In this document: in pieces, positions 54,081 to 63,205 of the stretch | How positions within the stretch are numbered: position 1 is the stretch's first letter | How the letters are laid out: the number at the start of each line of letters is the position of its first letter | Assembly (NCBI GenBank): GCA_043823085.1 | Contig: JBDRBE010000002.1 | Coordinates: 19,312 to 83,311 of the forward strand | Direction: 5' to 3' | Length of the DNA: 64,000 nucleotides | From: Candidatus Levyibacteriota bacterium | Lineage (GTDB): Bacteria > Patescibacteriota > Microgenomatia > Levybacterales > UBA12049 | Notes under the pieces: model-generated | Told to the model about the DNA's origin: nothing | Database searches by the model: none | What the model saw: the letters and a program-made list of their open reading frames with translations, nothing else | Program-made: the position numbers and the translations under genes

Positions 54081-55871
54081 ATGGATCAGGTTTCACAGGT
54101 TCGAGAAAAAATAGACATCGTTTCTTTAATTTCGGAATATCTTCCTCTTGCACGGGCTGGTAGAAATTTTAAAACCAACTGCCCTTTTCATAGTGAAAAA
54201 ACACCCTCTTTTGTTGTATCGCCGGAGCGGCAAATTTGGCATTGTTTTGGATGTCAAAAAGGCGGGGACTGCTTTACGTTTTTAATGGAATATGAGAATT
54301 TGGAGTTTCCCGAGAGCCTTCGGATTTTAGCAAAAAAAGCAGGTGTTGCACTTGCCGAAAGTTCTTGGCAGGCCGGTGTTTCTTCCAAAAAAGAAAAAAT
54401 TTATAAATTAAATAATTTGGCAAGCGAGTTTTACCATTATCTTTTAACAAAACATAATGTCGGTAAAAATGCCCTAGATTATCTTTCTCAAAGACAAATC
54501 AGCAAAGGTCTTTTAAAAACTTTTATGTTGGGTTTTGCTCCAAGAATTAACAATGCCCTTTCAAACTATTTGATACATAAGAAAAAATACCAAAAAGAAG
54601 ACTTGATTGACGCCGGTCTTTCATCGCAAAGAGGAAAAGAAATTGTTGACTTTTTTAATAATAGAATTATCTTTCCGATTATTGATCACAGGGGAAATAT
54701 TATCGGATTTTCCGGAAGGACAATGAACGATTCTTTACAGATTTCGAAGTATGTAAATACCAGGGAGACACTTGTTTATCACAAAGGTGAAAGTTTTTAC
54801 AATTTAAATAATGCTAAAGAAGAAATTAAAAAAGAAAATAGAGCTATTGTGGTTGAAGGAGAGTTTGATGTTGTCTCTTCTTTTTCTTGTGGCATAAAAA
54901 ATGTGGTGGCGGTTAAGGGAACGGCATTAACCGAAAATCAGGCAGGTCTTTTATCACGCTTTTGCCAAAAAGTCAGTCTTTGTTTTGATATGGATAGTGC
55001 CGGACAGGAAGCAATAAAAAGAAGCCTTCCTTTTTTGGAGAAAAAAGGATTAACAGCAACTGTCATTATTCTTCCAAACGGTAAAGATCCTGACGAACTA
55101 ATTAAAAAAAATTCGGCAAGTTTTCAAAAAGCCATTAAAAACGATCTGGGCGTTTATGATTTTCTTTTACAAAAAGCAGTTTCTGATTTTGATAAAAAAA
55201 CCGCCTTTGGTAAGAAAAAAATCGGCGATGAAGTATTCCCTTATATTTCCGAAATTGAAAACGAAATTGTTAAAGAGCACTATTTAAAAAAACTGGCAGA
55301 AGAATTAGATACAACTTTTGAAAGTATTCTTAAACAAGAAGAGCGGATTAAGAAAAAAGAAAAAGATAATTCACAATCTTTTGCAATAAAAGATAAAAGA
55401 ACAAGAATTGAAGTTTTGGAAGAATATTTGCTTGCTCTTATTTTCCAATCTCAGGAAAAAAATTCAATAATTGAAAAAACCCAAGATTTAATTTCGGATT
55501 TTTTGGAAAAACAATCAGCCTGTCAAAAAATTTTAGACTTAGTTTTTGATTTTAAAAAATTGTCAGCTGGAAAAGAATTTGATGAAAAGAAATTCTTTAC
55601 AAGTTTACCAAGTGAATTACAAAGCGTTTATAATACTTCATTTTTATTCCCTTTGCCAAAATTTGAGAGCAAAACTCAATATTTGGAGGAAGCACAGAGA
55701 AAAGCAGAAGAATTAAGAGTGTTATATTTAAAAGAAAAAATAAATGCGATAAGCAATAAATTGAGAGAGCAGGAATTAGAAAAAGAAGATGAAGAAAAAA
55801 TTGAAAAACTTAAAAAAGAACATTCCCGTTTGGTAAGATTTCTAGAAGAATCTCAAAAAAGCCTCGATTAG
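54081..55871 (+). CDS. dnaG: DNA primase
   Basis: Zinc-binding [11 protein letters not shown]...[26 protein letters not shown], 596 aa. Confidence 0.9.
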   Translation: MDQVSQVREKIDIVSLISEYLPLARAGRNFKTNCPFHSEKTPSFVVSPERQIWHCFGCQKGGDCFTFLMEYENLEFPESLRILAKKAGVALAESSWQAGVSSKKEKIYKLNNLASEFYHYLLTKHNVGKNALDYLSQRQISKGLLKTFMLGFAPRINNALSNYLIHKKKYQKEDLIDAGLSSQRGKEIVDFFNNRIIFPIIDHRGNIIGFSGRTMNDSLQISKYVNTRETLVYHKGESFYNLNNAKEEIKKENRAIVVEGEFDVVSSFSCGIKNVVAVKGTALTENQAGLLSRFCQKVSLCFDMDSAGQEAIKRSLPFLEKKGLTATVIILPNGKDPDELIKKNSASFQKAIKNDLGVYDFLLQKAVSDFDKKTAFGKKKIGDEVFPYISEIENEIVKEHYLKKLAEELDTTFESILKQEERIKKKEKDNSQSFAIKDKRTRIEVLEEYLLALIFQSQEKNSIIEKTQDLISDFLEKQSACQKILDLVFDFKKLSAGKEFDEKKFFTSLPSELQSVYNTSFLFPLPKFESKTQYLEEAQRKAEELRVLYLKEKINAISNKLREQELEKEDEEKIEKLKKEHSRLVRFLEESQKSLD

Positions 55872-55882
55872 ATACAACTTTT

Positions 55883-56992
55883 GTGGTAAAATTAGACTTA
55901 GGCAAAACTATGAAGCATAAGACTCCGGATTTAATTAGTGATATCGTTGCCTCTGCAAAAAAACGCGGATATATTACCCAAGATGAAATTTTAGCTATTT
56001 TCCCAAAACCGGAAGAACATCTTAAAAAATTGGATGAGCTTTACGATAAATTTCTTCATTTAAATATTGATGTTTTTGAGACTGTTGCCAAGGACGAAGC
56101 AGAAGAAAAATCAATAGAAAGTTTAGAAAAAGAGCTGGAGGCCTTAACGGTTTTGACCGAAGGGACAGTTTCTGATCCGGTAAGAATGTATTTAAAAGAA
56201 ATCGGACGAATTCCTCTTTTAACTTTTGAGCAGGAAATATATTTGGCCAAAAGAATTGAAAAAGGTGATAAGGAATCAAAAAAGAAATTAACTACTTCTA
56301 ATTTAAGACTGGTTGTTTCTATTGCAAAAAAATATGTCGGGCGAGGTCTTGCGCTTTTGGATTTAATTCAGGAAGGAAATCAGGGATTAATAAGGGCGGT
56401 TGAAAAATATGATTGGCGCAGGGGCTATAAATTTTCAACCTATGCGACTTGGTGGATTAGGCAATCAATAACACGGGCCATTGCCGATCAGGCAAGAACC
56501 ATTAGAATTCCGGTGCATATGGTAGAAAATATCAACAGGTTTTTGCGGACTTCAAGAAAATTAATGCAGGAATTAGGACGTGAGCCAACACCGGAAGAAG
56601 TGGCAAAAGTTTTAGGAATTGATCAGGAGAAGGCTTTAGAAATTATAAAAATTTCCCAGGAGCCGGCAAGTCTTGAATCACCGGTTGGCGACGAGGAAGA
56701 CTCAAGGCTTGGTGATTTTATTCACGATACTTCAGCTCCAACACTTTTTGACACTGCTTCGCGCGAACTTTTAAAAGAACAGGTAGAGCAGGTTTTATCA
56801 ACTTTATCAGATAGGGAGCGAAGAGTTTTAGAAGAAAGATTTGGTTTAAAAGATGGAAAATCAAAAACTTTGGAAGAAGTTGGAAAAATGTTTGCAGTAA
56901 CCAGAGAAAGAATCCGTCAAATAGAAGCAAAAGCTTTGCGTAAACTTCGCCATCCGTCACGTGGCAATAAACTTAAGGATTATTTAGGGTAA
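55883..56992 (+). CDS. rpoD: RNA polymerase sigma-70 primary sigma factor (short, lacking long region 1.1)
   Basis: Region 2 [18 protein letters not shown]...[10 protein letters not shown]. Region 4 [15 protein letters not shown]...[29 protein letters not shown]. Follows dnaG. Confidence 0.9.
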   Translation: MVKLDLGKTMKHKTPDLISDIVASAKKRGYITQDEILAIFPKPEEHLKKLDELYDKFLHLNIDVFETVAKDEAEEKSIESLEKELEALTVLTEGTVSDPVRMYLKEIGRIPLLTFEQEIYLAKRIEKGDKESKKKLTTSNLRLVVSIAKKYVGRGLALLDLIQEGNQGLIRAVEKYDWRRGYKFSTYATWWIRQSITRAIADQARTIRIPVHMVENINRFLRTSRKLMQELGREPTPEEVAKVLGIDQEKALEIIKISQEPASLESPVGDEEDSRLGDFIHDTSAPTLFDTASRELLKEQVEQVLSTLSDRERRVLEERFGLKDGKSKTLEEVGKMFAVTRERIRQIEAKALRKLRHPSRGNKLKDYLG

Positions 56993-57050
56993 CCCGCCTG
57001 ATTTTACTTTTCGCCTTAGTTCACTCGAACTGCGGCTCAAAGAGCAATCT

Positions 57051-57356
57051 ATGGCGGGCAAGAAGGGGGTGATAAAAATGCTATCGATAATTCCATCTGA
57101 CTTAAAAACTGTAAAAAAAGAAGACGTTGATAATGAAATACTTAGGATAGGAATGATTGCAGAATTAGACGCTGTTAATCTCTATGAACAAATGGCGGCA
57201 ATTACTCAAAGCGAGGATTTAAAAACAATACTTTTGGATATTGCCAAAGAAGAAAAAACACATGTTGGTGAGTTCCAAGCCTTACTTTTGAGAAAAGACA
57301 AAGAACAGGTAAGAGAACTAAAGGCAGGGGAAAAAGAGGTTAATGAAAAGACATAG
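57051..57356 (+). CDS. small ferritin-like/rubrerythrin-like helical protein
   Basis: 101 aa. LYEQMA...EEKTHVGEF resembles E..E..H di-iron ligand spacing. Confidence 0.4.
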   Translation: MAGKKGVIKMLSIIPSDLKTVKKEDVDNEILRIGMIAELDAVNLYEQMAAITQSEDLKTILLDIAKEEKTHVGEFQALLLRKDKEQVRELKAGEKEVNEKT

Positions 57357-57360
57357 TTTA

Positions 57361-57966
57361 TTATTCATTAATCATGGCAATTAATGTAGGAGAAAATCCT
57401 TCCTTTTCTGTGTAATATTTTTTTACTCTTTGAAAAAGGCCAGTATCTTTATGAAAAATTGCTAACATCTCTTCGAGTGCTGTTACAACCGCATGCGCCT
57501 CTCTTTTTAATTCTGGAAAAGCATGAGAAATAAATTCTCCATAGATTTCAAAAAGACCTTCAGTTGCTAAATTTTTAGAATCAGAAAAACTTCTGTGAAA
57601 ATGCCATTGCATCCCTTCTCGATCTTCTTCGCCATTTTTCATGTAGATGTTGATTTTTCTAAAAGTATCTCTGCAAGCAATTTTTGTTTCTCCAGATTGG
57701 TCGGTCTCTAATTGTTCCAATGCAGGCAATTTTTGTCCATTTAATAATTCTCTTAGTTTTAAAGCATTGGGGGTAAGGTTTCTTGGATAGATGGGATTCT
57801 CACCTGTCCAAGTGAGGGGATCATTGAAAGAGTTAACAATCCCATCAAACTCTGTCTGTAAAGTATTGAAAAATTCTGGATTACTTCTCAATTCACTTAC
57901 TATCTTTATTACATTTGCTCTCTGGGATAAAAAGCCTTCGGCTGATCTCAAGAAACGTTCGGACAT
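57361..57966 (-). CDS. hypothetical protein
   Basis: 201 aa ORF, no motif recognised. Confidence 0.4.
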   Translation of the reverse strand: MSERFLRSAEGFLSQRANVIKIVSELRSNPEFFNTLQTEFDGIVNSFNDPLTWTGENPIYPRNLTPNALKLRELLNGQKLPALEQLETDQSGETKIACRDTFRKINIYMKNGEEDREGMQWHFHRSFSDSKNLATEGLFEIYGEFISHAFPELKREAHAVVTALEEMLAIFHKDTGLFQRVKKYYTEKEGFSPTLIAMINE

Positions 57967-58005
57967 AGAAGCAAATATTAGCAGAAAACAAGGACGAAGT
58001 CAATG

Positions 58006-58719
58006 CTATAGGACAAAGAATTTCTTTTTCTCCGCGCTGAATTTTTCAATTGAATATCTTAACATGGTTCTTGGCATTTTTTTATAATTTTTTCTTAAAA
58101 ATTTCTCTTCAACTTTTTGATTCCTTTTTCCAAGTTCTCTTAGCATCCAGCCAACTGCTTTATGTATTAAATCGTGAGTGTCGTTTAGTAAAATTTCGGC
58201 GATTTTTAATGTATCTTTAAATTGATTATTTTTAATAAAAGCAAAAGTTGCCAAAATGGAAATTCTTTTTTCCCAAAGATTTTTTGATTTTGCCAGTTTA
58301 TAAAGAGATCCTTCGCTTCGTTCAGGATGACAACCTTTAGATAAAAGATAGTCTCCGACAATGTTTGGGGCGGTTAAATCAACCAAGTCCCAATTATTTA
58401 TATTTTTGGCATTTTTTAAATAAAAATTAAAAATTTTTTCTTTTTCGGCCTGTTCTGCCTTTTTATATTTATCAACTAATATCAAAAGCGCGGTTAAGCG
58501 GTGTTCATGAATTTTGCTATCCAAAAGTTTTTGCAATTCAGTAAGACTTAGCTCAATATATTTTTTAACAACTTTTCTCTGAAGAGGAACGGGGATTCCC
58601 AAAAATACATCACCTTCTCCATACTCTCCTTTTCCTGTTTTAAAAAACCCGGAAAGCAATTTTGCTTTTTTTGGATCTTGCAGTTTTTGCAAATCCTTTT
58701 GGATACTCTTACAATCCAT
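58006..58719 (-). CDS. DNA alkylation repair protein (AlkC/AlkD-like HEAT-repeat glycosylase family)
   Basis: 237 aa all-helical. N-terminal IQKDLQKLQDPKKAKLLSGFFKTGKGEYGEGDVFLGIPVPLQRK matches the DNA_alkylation family pattern. Confidence 0.6.
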   Translation of the reverse strand: MDCKSIQKDLQKLQDPKKAKLLSGFFKTGKGEYGEGDVFLGIPVPLQRKVVKKYIELSLTELQKLLDSKIHEHRLTALLILVDKYKKAEQAEKEKIFNFYLKNAKNINNWDLVDLTAPNIVGDYLLSKGCHPERSEGSLYKLAKSKNLWEKRISILATFAFIKNNQFKDTLKIAEILLNDTHDLIHKAVGWMLRELGKRNQKVEEKFLRKNYKKMPRTMLRYSIEKFSAEKKKFFVL

Positions 58720-58724
58720 TCTGT

Positions 58725-58958
58725 TCAGCCTTCTTTTGGTGGTAACCCTTCAATAATTTTTGCACTTCCCGGAACCACATGGACAATGATCCCCTTATCA
58801 TTACCTTTATTATTCAATCTTAACACCCTTGCCGAAATGTCTTTTTTGCATGTCAATCCATGATAACTTTTAAGATGGAATATCTCTTCTTGCGGAGGAT
58901 ACATTTCTTTAATTTGCTCTAAAGTAAAAAGACCTTCTTTTCCCATAGTCATAAACAA
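58725..58958 (-). CDS. small hypothetical protein
   Basis: 77 aa ORF directly downstream of the alkD-like gene. Confidence 0.35.
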   Translation of the reverse strand: MFMTMGKEGLFTLEQIKEMYPPQEEIFHLKSYHGLTCKKDISARVLRLNNKGNDKGIIVHVVPGSAKIIEGLPPKEG

Positions 58959-59024
58959 AATTTAAACCAAAATGGCTGATAGTTTATAATCTTTTTGTCT
59001 TATTTTGTCAATGAGGAGTTATTT

Positions 59025-59147
59025 TTATTTGCGGCGTTTTTTGCTGGCTCTAAGGGCAAGCATTTGACGCTTTATCTCAAGCCTTTTTTTGGTCTTGTAT
59101 GAATGGGATCTTTTCTTTTTCCCAACTCCTGTAGGTCTTTTCGCCAT
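59025..59147 (-). CDS. very basic 40-aa protein (possible small ribosomal or nucleic-acid-binding protein)
   Basis: MAKRPTGVGKKKRSHSYKTKKRLEIKRQMLALRASKKRRK. Not in the ORF track. N-terminal pattern loosely L32-like. Roughly 45% of residues are Lys/Arg. Confidence 0.4.
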   Translation of the reverse strand: MAKRPTGVGKKKRSHSYKTKKRLEIKRQMLALRASKKRRK

Positions 59148-59161
59148 AAAGACATTATACA

Positions 59162-59629
59162 CTATTTTCGCCCGGGAAATGGTATAAGAGTTTTCTCAAT
59201 AGTTTCTTCTATTGTTTTTAATATCTTATCTTTTTCTTTGGATTCAGTTTTTGCAACTTCCTGAGCAAATTTATATAAATCATAAGGTTCTATAGATAAC
59301 CATCTGTTATTTAACGACAGAAATACAAGTAAAGACATAACTGCTATACGCTTATTCCCATTTTTAAAAGGGTGGTTTTTGATTAGGGAGTAGAATAAAA
59401 TTGATGCTTGTTTTACTAAAGTAGAATAGAGGAGTCTACTGTCAAAACTTTGCCTTGGAGACCCAAGAGCTGATTCTAAAAGAGCATTTTCTCTAGTAGA
59501 ATAGTCTGGAATTGGTTCGTCGAATGTTAAATATTCACGAGTGAAATCAAAACAAATAAACTCGAAATCATCAATGGTGAGCCAAACAGTTTCCCTAGGC
59601 GGAAGCGAGTCTTCTGAAGGTTTCTTCAT
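59162..59629 (-). CDS. doc: Fic/Doc-family toxin (death-on-curing type)
   Basis: HPFKNGNKRIA matches the Doc-type Fic motif HxFx(D/N)GNKR. Track ORF starts at a GTG. ATG (MKKPSED) at 59629 chosen. Confidence 0.7.
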   Translation of the reverse strand: MKKPSEDSLPPRETVWLTIDDFEFICFDFTREYLTFDEPIPDYSTRENALLESALGSPRQSFDSRLLYSTLVKQASILFYSLIKNHPFKNGNKRIAVMSLLVFLSLNNRWLSIEPYDLYKFAQEVAKTESKEKDKILKTIEETIEKTLIPFPGRK

Positions 59630-59726
59630 ATTCTTTAAGCCCACGCCTAATAGCCTTTTTGATTATGGTTGCTTTTTGTGGATTTTTCTTTGTATATGCA
59701 GACTGTGAGAATTTCAACTTTTTCAT
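59595..59726 (-). CDS. putative antitoxin (43 aa) upstream of and overlapping doc
   Basis: MKKLKFSQSAYTKKNPQKATIIKKAIRRGLKEYEETFRRLASA. Stop overlaps the doc start by 35 nt. TATAAT upstream (59741-59746 on the minus strand). Confidence 0.5.
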   Translation of the reverse strand: MKKLKFSQSAYTKKNPQKATIIKKAIRRGLKEYEETFRRLASA

Positions 59727-59815
59727 ATATCAGAATTATAACATAAACTATTGAGTCATATATGGTTAATTCGTGATTCCGCGGAGTGGAGGATGTTAGA
59801 ACTTATGATCTTAAT

Positions 59816-60766
59816 TTATGAGACTACTCTGATGGGATTTTTATTCAAAAATGCCGTCACATTTTCAACAGTCATATCTATGTATCCTTTATCAGCTTCT
59901 CTTGTCATAGAAGCTGAATGAGGAGTAATTACAATTCTATTATGTTTTAAATAAGGGTCATCTCTTTCAATTGGAGTATTAATTTCCGCATCAAATCCGT
60001 AACCGCTAATTTTCCCTGTATTTAGTGCGTTAAGAACAGCATTCTTATTAATGATTGCTTCTCGAGAAATAGAGACAACAAATGCTCCAGGTTTTATAAC
60101 ATCGAATTCTTTTTCCGTTAATAAGTTTTCCGTATCTTTTGTTAAAGGAATTGTTACTACTACAATATCGCTTGTTTTAAGTAATGTCTCCAAGTCCACA
60201 ATGTCAATTCCTTTAACTGGTTTTCCGCTCTTATTCAACCCTTGCATTTTCATCGAAAAGCCTCTTGCTATCCTCGCTACTCTTTTCCCAATATTACCAA
60301 CTCCAATAATCCCAAGTGTTTTACCGAATAGTTCCATTCCTTGATACGGAGAAGACCTGTATTCACCTTTTTCGCGAATATCACGGTCTGCTTCGGTAAT
60401 TCGTTTTGCAAGATCTAATACTAATCCAAAACAGTGTTCAGCAACCGCTTCTGCGTTAACTCCTTTCTCGTTACTTACAACAATTCCTAATTCTTTTACT
60501 GCATTAACATCCAGCCAATCTACCCCAACACTTGTTATTGTAATAAATTTAAGATTTGGAAGATTAGTTATATGATCTTTTGAAACGGTTTCAAAACCTG
60601 ATGGACTGGCAACTAGAATCTCACAATCTCCTGCTTTTTTGACTAACTCTTTCGCTGTAATTCTAGAAGCAACAATTACGGTAACGTCTTTTTGCCCACT
60701 ATCTTCCAAAGCATTCTGTATTCGGTTATTAAATTCTTCTGTTGCACCAACAATATATATTTTCAT
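59816..60766 (-). CDS. D-isomer-specific 2-hydroxyacid dehydrogenase (glycerate/phosphoglycerate dehydrogenase-like)
   Basis: NAD-binding GIIGVGNIGKRVARI. Catalytic R/E/H arrangement (ITPHSAS). 316 aa. Confidence 0.8.
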   Translation of the reverse strand: MKIYIVGATEEFNNRIQNALEDSGQKDVTVIVASRITAKELVKKAGDCEILVASPSGFETVSKDHITNLPNLKFITITSVGVDWLDVNAVKELGIVVSNEKGVNAEAVAEHCFGLVLDLAKRITEADRDIREKGEYRSSPYQGMELFGKTLGIIGVGNIGKRVARIARGFSMKMQGLNKSGKPVKGIDIVDLETLLKTSDIVVVTIPLTKDTENLLTEKEFDVIKPGAFVVSISREAIINKNAVLNALNTGKISGYGFDAEINTPIERDDPYLKHNRIVITPHSASMTREADKGYIDMTVENVTAFLNKNPIRVVS

Positions 60767-60831
60767 AAACTTAATTGTATCAGAGGTTCTAATCCTACTC
60801 GGGGTTAATATGGTTAGGGGTATTCTCTGAG

Positions 60832-60850
60832 GCTAAAAACAGATGCTCCC
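60832..60850. repeat. 19-nt direct repeat gctaaaaacagatgctccc, copy 1
   Basis: An identical 19-mer lies at 61877-61895, overlapping the stop of the metalloprotease gene. Confidence 0.8.
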
Positions 60851-60978
60851 ACTGATTGACATGTTCTGAATCGATACGGAAAATGTTGTGTTATAATTTA
60901 CTTATGGTTGGAGATGAAGAAACTATTGATCCGGAAACCGGCGAGGAAATAGAAATATTAAAATATTCAGTAAGAAAT

Positions 60979-61007
60979 TGACTGATATTCTTTCCAACTC
61001 TATAATA
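60979..61007 (+). promoter_or_regulatory. sigma-70-type promoter (TTGACT - 17 nt - TATAAT) for the metalloprotease gene; near-leaderless
   Basis: ttgactgatattctttccaactctataat. ATG at 61015 is 7 nt after the -10. Confidence 0.6.
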
Positions 61008-61014
61008 AAATAAG

Positions 61015-61881
61015 ATGTATATCTTTTTTGGTTTAATAACTCTTTGGGTAATCTTTGATATTTCCCGAGGTTATCGCAAGGCCAGCAACAAAAGAAAATA
61101 TCTTGTAAAAACATTTTCCGTTGCAGGAATTATCACTCTCATCTTTTTCCTTTTTGGCCCATTTTTTATGATATCGCCCATTAAACTGGGATATTCTACT
61201 CTTTCTGACGATAGTATCACCCTTTACTATCCTTCCTCCCATACTACCCGTGCCGAGGAAATTTTCACTATGGCCAAACAAGCAACTGAAAAAAACGACG
61301 CATTCTACCAGGCCTCTACTCACACCAAAATTTTGATTGCCACCTCAGATCTAGACATGCTTCGTTTTGGTGTCTATCCCCAAGGAAACGGCGGCGGGCT
61401 TATCTGGGGAATTGTTATTCGTGAATCTAAAGCATCCTGGAATATTATTGCCCATGAAATGTCTCATAAAAATTTATCAAAACTCTCGCCTCTTGGCAGC
61501 AGTGTTTTCTCGTTTCCCCGCTGGTTTGACGAAGGCATTGCCTCTTATATTGGCGATATGAATTACTATAAAACGCTTCCAGAGCTTAAAGAAGATTTAC
61601 TAAGTGGACTTTATCGACGTGATATCACAACATGGAGAGGAATATCTGGTATGTTTACCTGGCTTAAGTTCACCTTTATTAAGCCAAATCCCAGACTCAT
61701 TTATGGGCAAACGTTTCTCATGACCAAGTTTTTGGCTGATACTTATGGAGAAAACAGAATCAATCAACTTGTCCAAGCTGTCGGGCAGAGAACATCATTT
61801 GAGACAGCTTTTCTACAAGTCTTTGGCATTTCAGCTGATGAATACCACCAACAATTTATCGACTTTCTTCAGAAAAGCTAA
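61015..61881 (+). CDS. membrane-anchored putative zinc metallopeptidase (HExxH)
   Basis: N-terminal TM (IFFGLITLWVIF) and a second TM. IIAHEMSH zincin motif. 288 aa. Confidence 0.55.
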   Translation: MYIFFGLITLWVIFDISRGYRKASNKRKYLVKTFSVAGIITLIFFLFGPFFMISPIKLGYSTLSDDSITLYYPSSHTTRAEEIFTMAKQATEKNDAFYQASTHTKILIATSDLDMLRFGVYPQGNGGGLIWGIVIRESKASWNIIAHEMSHKNLSKLSPLGSSVFSFPRWFDEGIASYIGDMNYYKTLPELKEDLLSGLYRRDITTWRGISGMFTWLKFTFIKPNPRLIYGQTFLMTKFLADTYGENRINQLVQAVGQRTSFETAFLQVFGISADEYHQQFIDFLQKS

Positions 61882-61895
61882 AAACAGATGCTCCC
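61877..61895. repeat. 19-nt direct repeat gctaaaaacagatgctccc, copy 2
   Basis: Identical to 60832-60850. Confidence 0.8.
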
Positions 61896-62169
61896 CAGTC
61901 CTGAGATTATTAGAACTTGTATTTCTAGAATAATAAAGGCACTTACTGTCTATCTAAAACTCTTGATAAAATTCTTTAATCGTACTTTCAAAACTTTCAG
62001 GAAAAAGTGAATATTAGATTTTTAGTTTTTAGCCACTTTTTAGGACTTGTGGGAGAAGTTGATTCGGGAGGAACTTGAGGATCAGTAAGAGATTGCTGCG
62101 GAGTTTGAGGAATGGTAACAGGAGCTTGCGGCGCATCACTTTGCATTAATTAAATCCTAACACATCACC

Positions 62170-63198
62170 CTACAAGATTTCTGTGAACCATCTTTTAATC
62201 ACTTCCTGTGTTTTTGAGGACTTTTTGGGGTCAGGCATTCTTGGTATATCTTCTCCAAAAATACTTAATCCAAGGAAATCCAACGCAAAGAATCCATCAA
62301 CTTTATTCTTTCCTTTTTCAAGGATTATTTCATTAACCCTTGCTTCTTTTTCTTCATTCCATGCTCTCTCCTCCCATATATACGGCAATCTGCCATAAAA
62401 TTCAGTAATCATAACTCCTTTGCAACCATCTCTTTCTGCAAGACCAAGAAATGTATCCAGCGCATAGTCAACATTTTGAGGGAACTCTTCCAGCGTTTTT
62501 ACAACAGAACCGATACCGACGCTAAATCCAAGATAATCATATCCTGAGAAATCCACAGAATCGAGCTGCATATCGCCGATAGATGCTCCCTTCCAAATAA
62601 CTATACCGTGATAAACTTCTTTTATTTTAGGAAGGATTTCCTGCCCCCAATCTGCAGATGCAGATGGGCCGAACAGCGCTTCCGGCTCATTCATGGGAGC
62701 AAATAATTCAACGTGATACTTTTCGGCTAATTTGGCGTTTTCAATGACTTGGGAGTCCCACTGCTCTAAAGTTATATCATTTGCTGCGGGGTAGCATTTA
62801 GTCATGGCTAATCCAACTCTTAAGCCATTTCTGTGAGCAGCTTGGATATTAGCAATCATAATCTCTCTATGAATTGGAAGAATCTTTTTTAATTTTTTAA
62901 CTAATTCAGAATTTGGGTCTTGTCCTTCAAGACAGCGCTCGACCTGAGGAGGAGCGGCTGGCAAGAAAATAGTATTCATCCCCATGTCTTTCAGCTTCTT
63001 CATGTCAGCATTTAGTTTTCTTGGATTATTGCTTAATGAAACCGGTGTCCAAATGCCTTTGTAGACCCGCACCTGGGTGGCTGGTGCCGGAACTATTCCT
63101 TCTTCAACTTTAAGACCAGTCATATTTTTGTAAACAAAAAATCCCCCTACGCCTAAAACAATTAAAATTATTAAAACAACTAGAATTTTAGTCTTCAT
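62170..63198 (-). CDS. secreted/anchored TIM-barrel glycoside hydrolase, GH5-like (paralog 1)
   Basis: N-terminal anchor (ILVVLIILIVLGVGGFFVY). NEPE acid/base and ITEF nucleophile motifs typical of GH-A clan enzymes. Confidence 0.6.
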   Translation of the reverse strand: MKTKILVVLIILIVLGVGGFFVYKNMTGLKVEEGIVPAPATQVRVYKGIWTPVSLSNNPRKLNADMKKLKDMGMNTIFLPAAPPQVERCLEGQDPNSELVKKLKKILPIHREIMIANIQAAHRNGLRVGLAMTKCYPAANDITLEQWDSQVIENAKLAEKYHVELFAPMNEPEALFGPSASADWGQEILPKIKEVYHGIVIWKGASIGDMQLDSVDFSGYDYLGFSVGIGSVVKTLEEFPQNVDYALDTFLGLAERDGCKGVMITEFYGRLPYIWEERAWNEEKEARVNEIILEKGKNKVDGFFALDFLGLSIFGEDIPRMPDPKKSSKTQEVIKRWFTEIL

Positions 63199-63205
63199 TT
63201 TTCCC

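Noticed and set aside
56993-57050. Possible structured RNA (cccgcc ... ggcggg with internal gttcactcgaac palindrome) after rpoD
   Set aside because: The outer pairing spans the start codon region of the next ORF and the stems are short. Most simply an rpoD terminator or RBS-sequestering hairpin, and not distinctive enough to call an ncRNA.
59630-59644. GTG-initiated N-terminal extension of doc (MGLKN...)
   Set aside because: The track converts GTG to Met. An in-frame ATG five codons downstream, with the antitoxin overlap typical of toxin-antitoxin pairs, is more plausible.
61997-62146. 49-aa Pro/Gln/Thr/Ser-rich minus-strand ORF just downstream of GH5 paralog 1
   Set aside because: Low-complexity composition, no Shine-Dalgarno-like context, and it lies in the 3' untranslated region of the GH5 gene. 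Probably non-coding, though a secreted linker-like peptide cannot be excluded.
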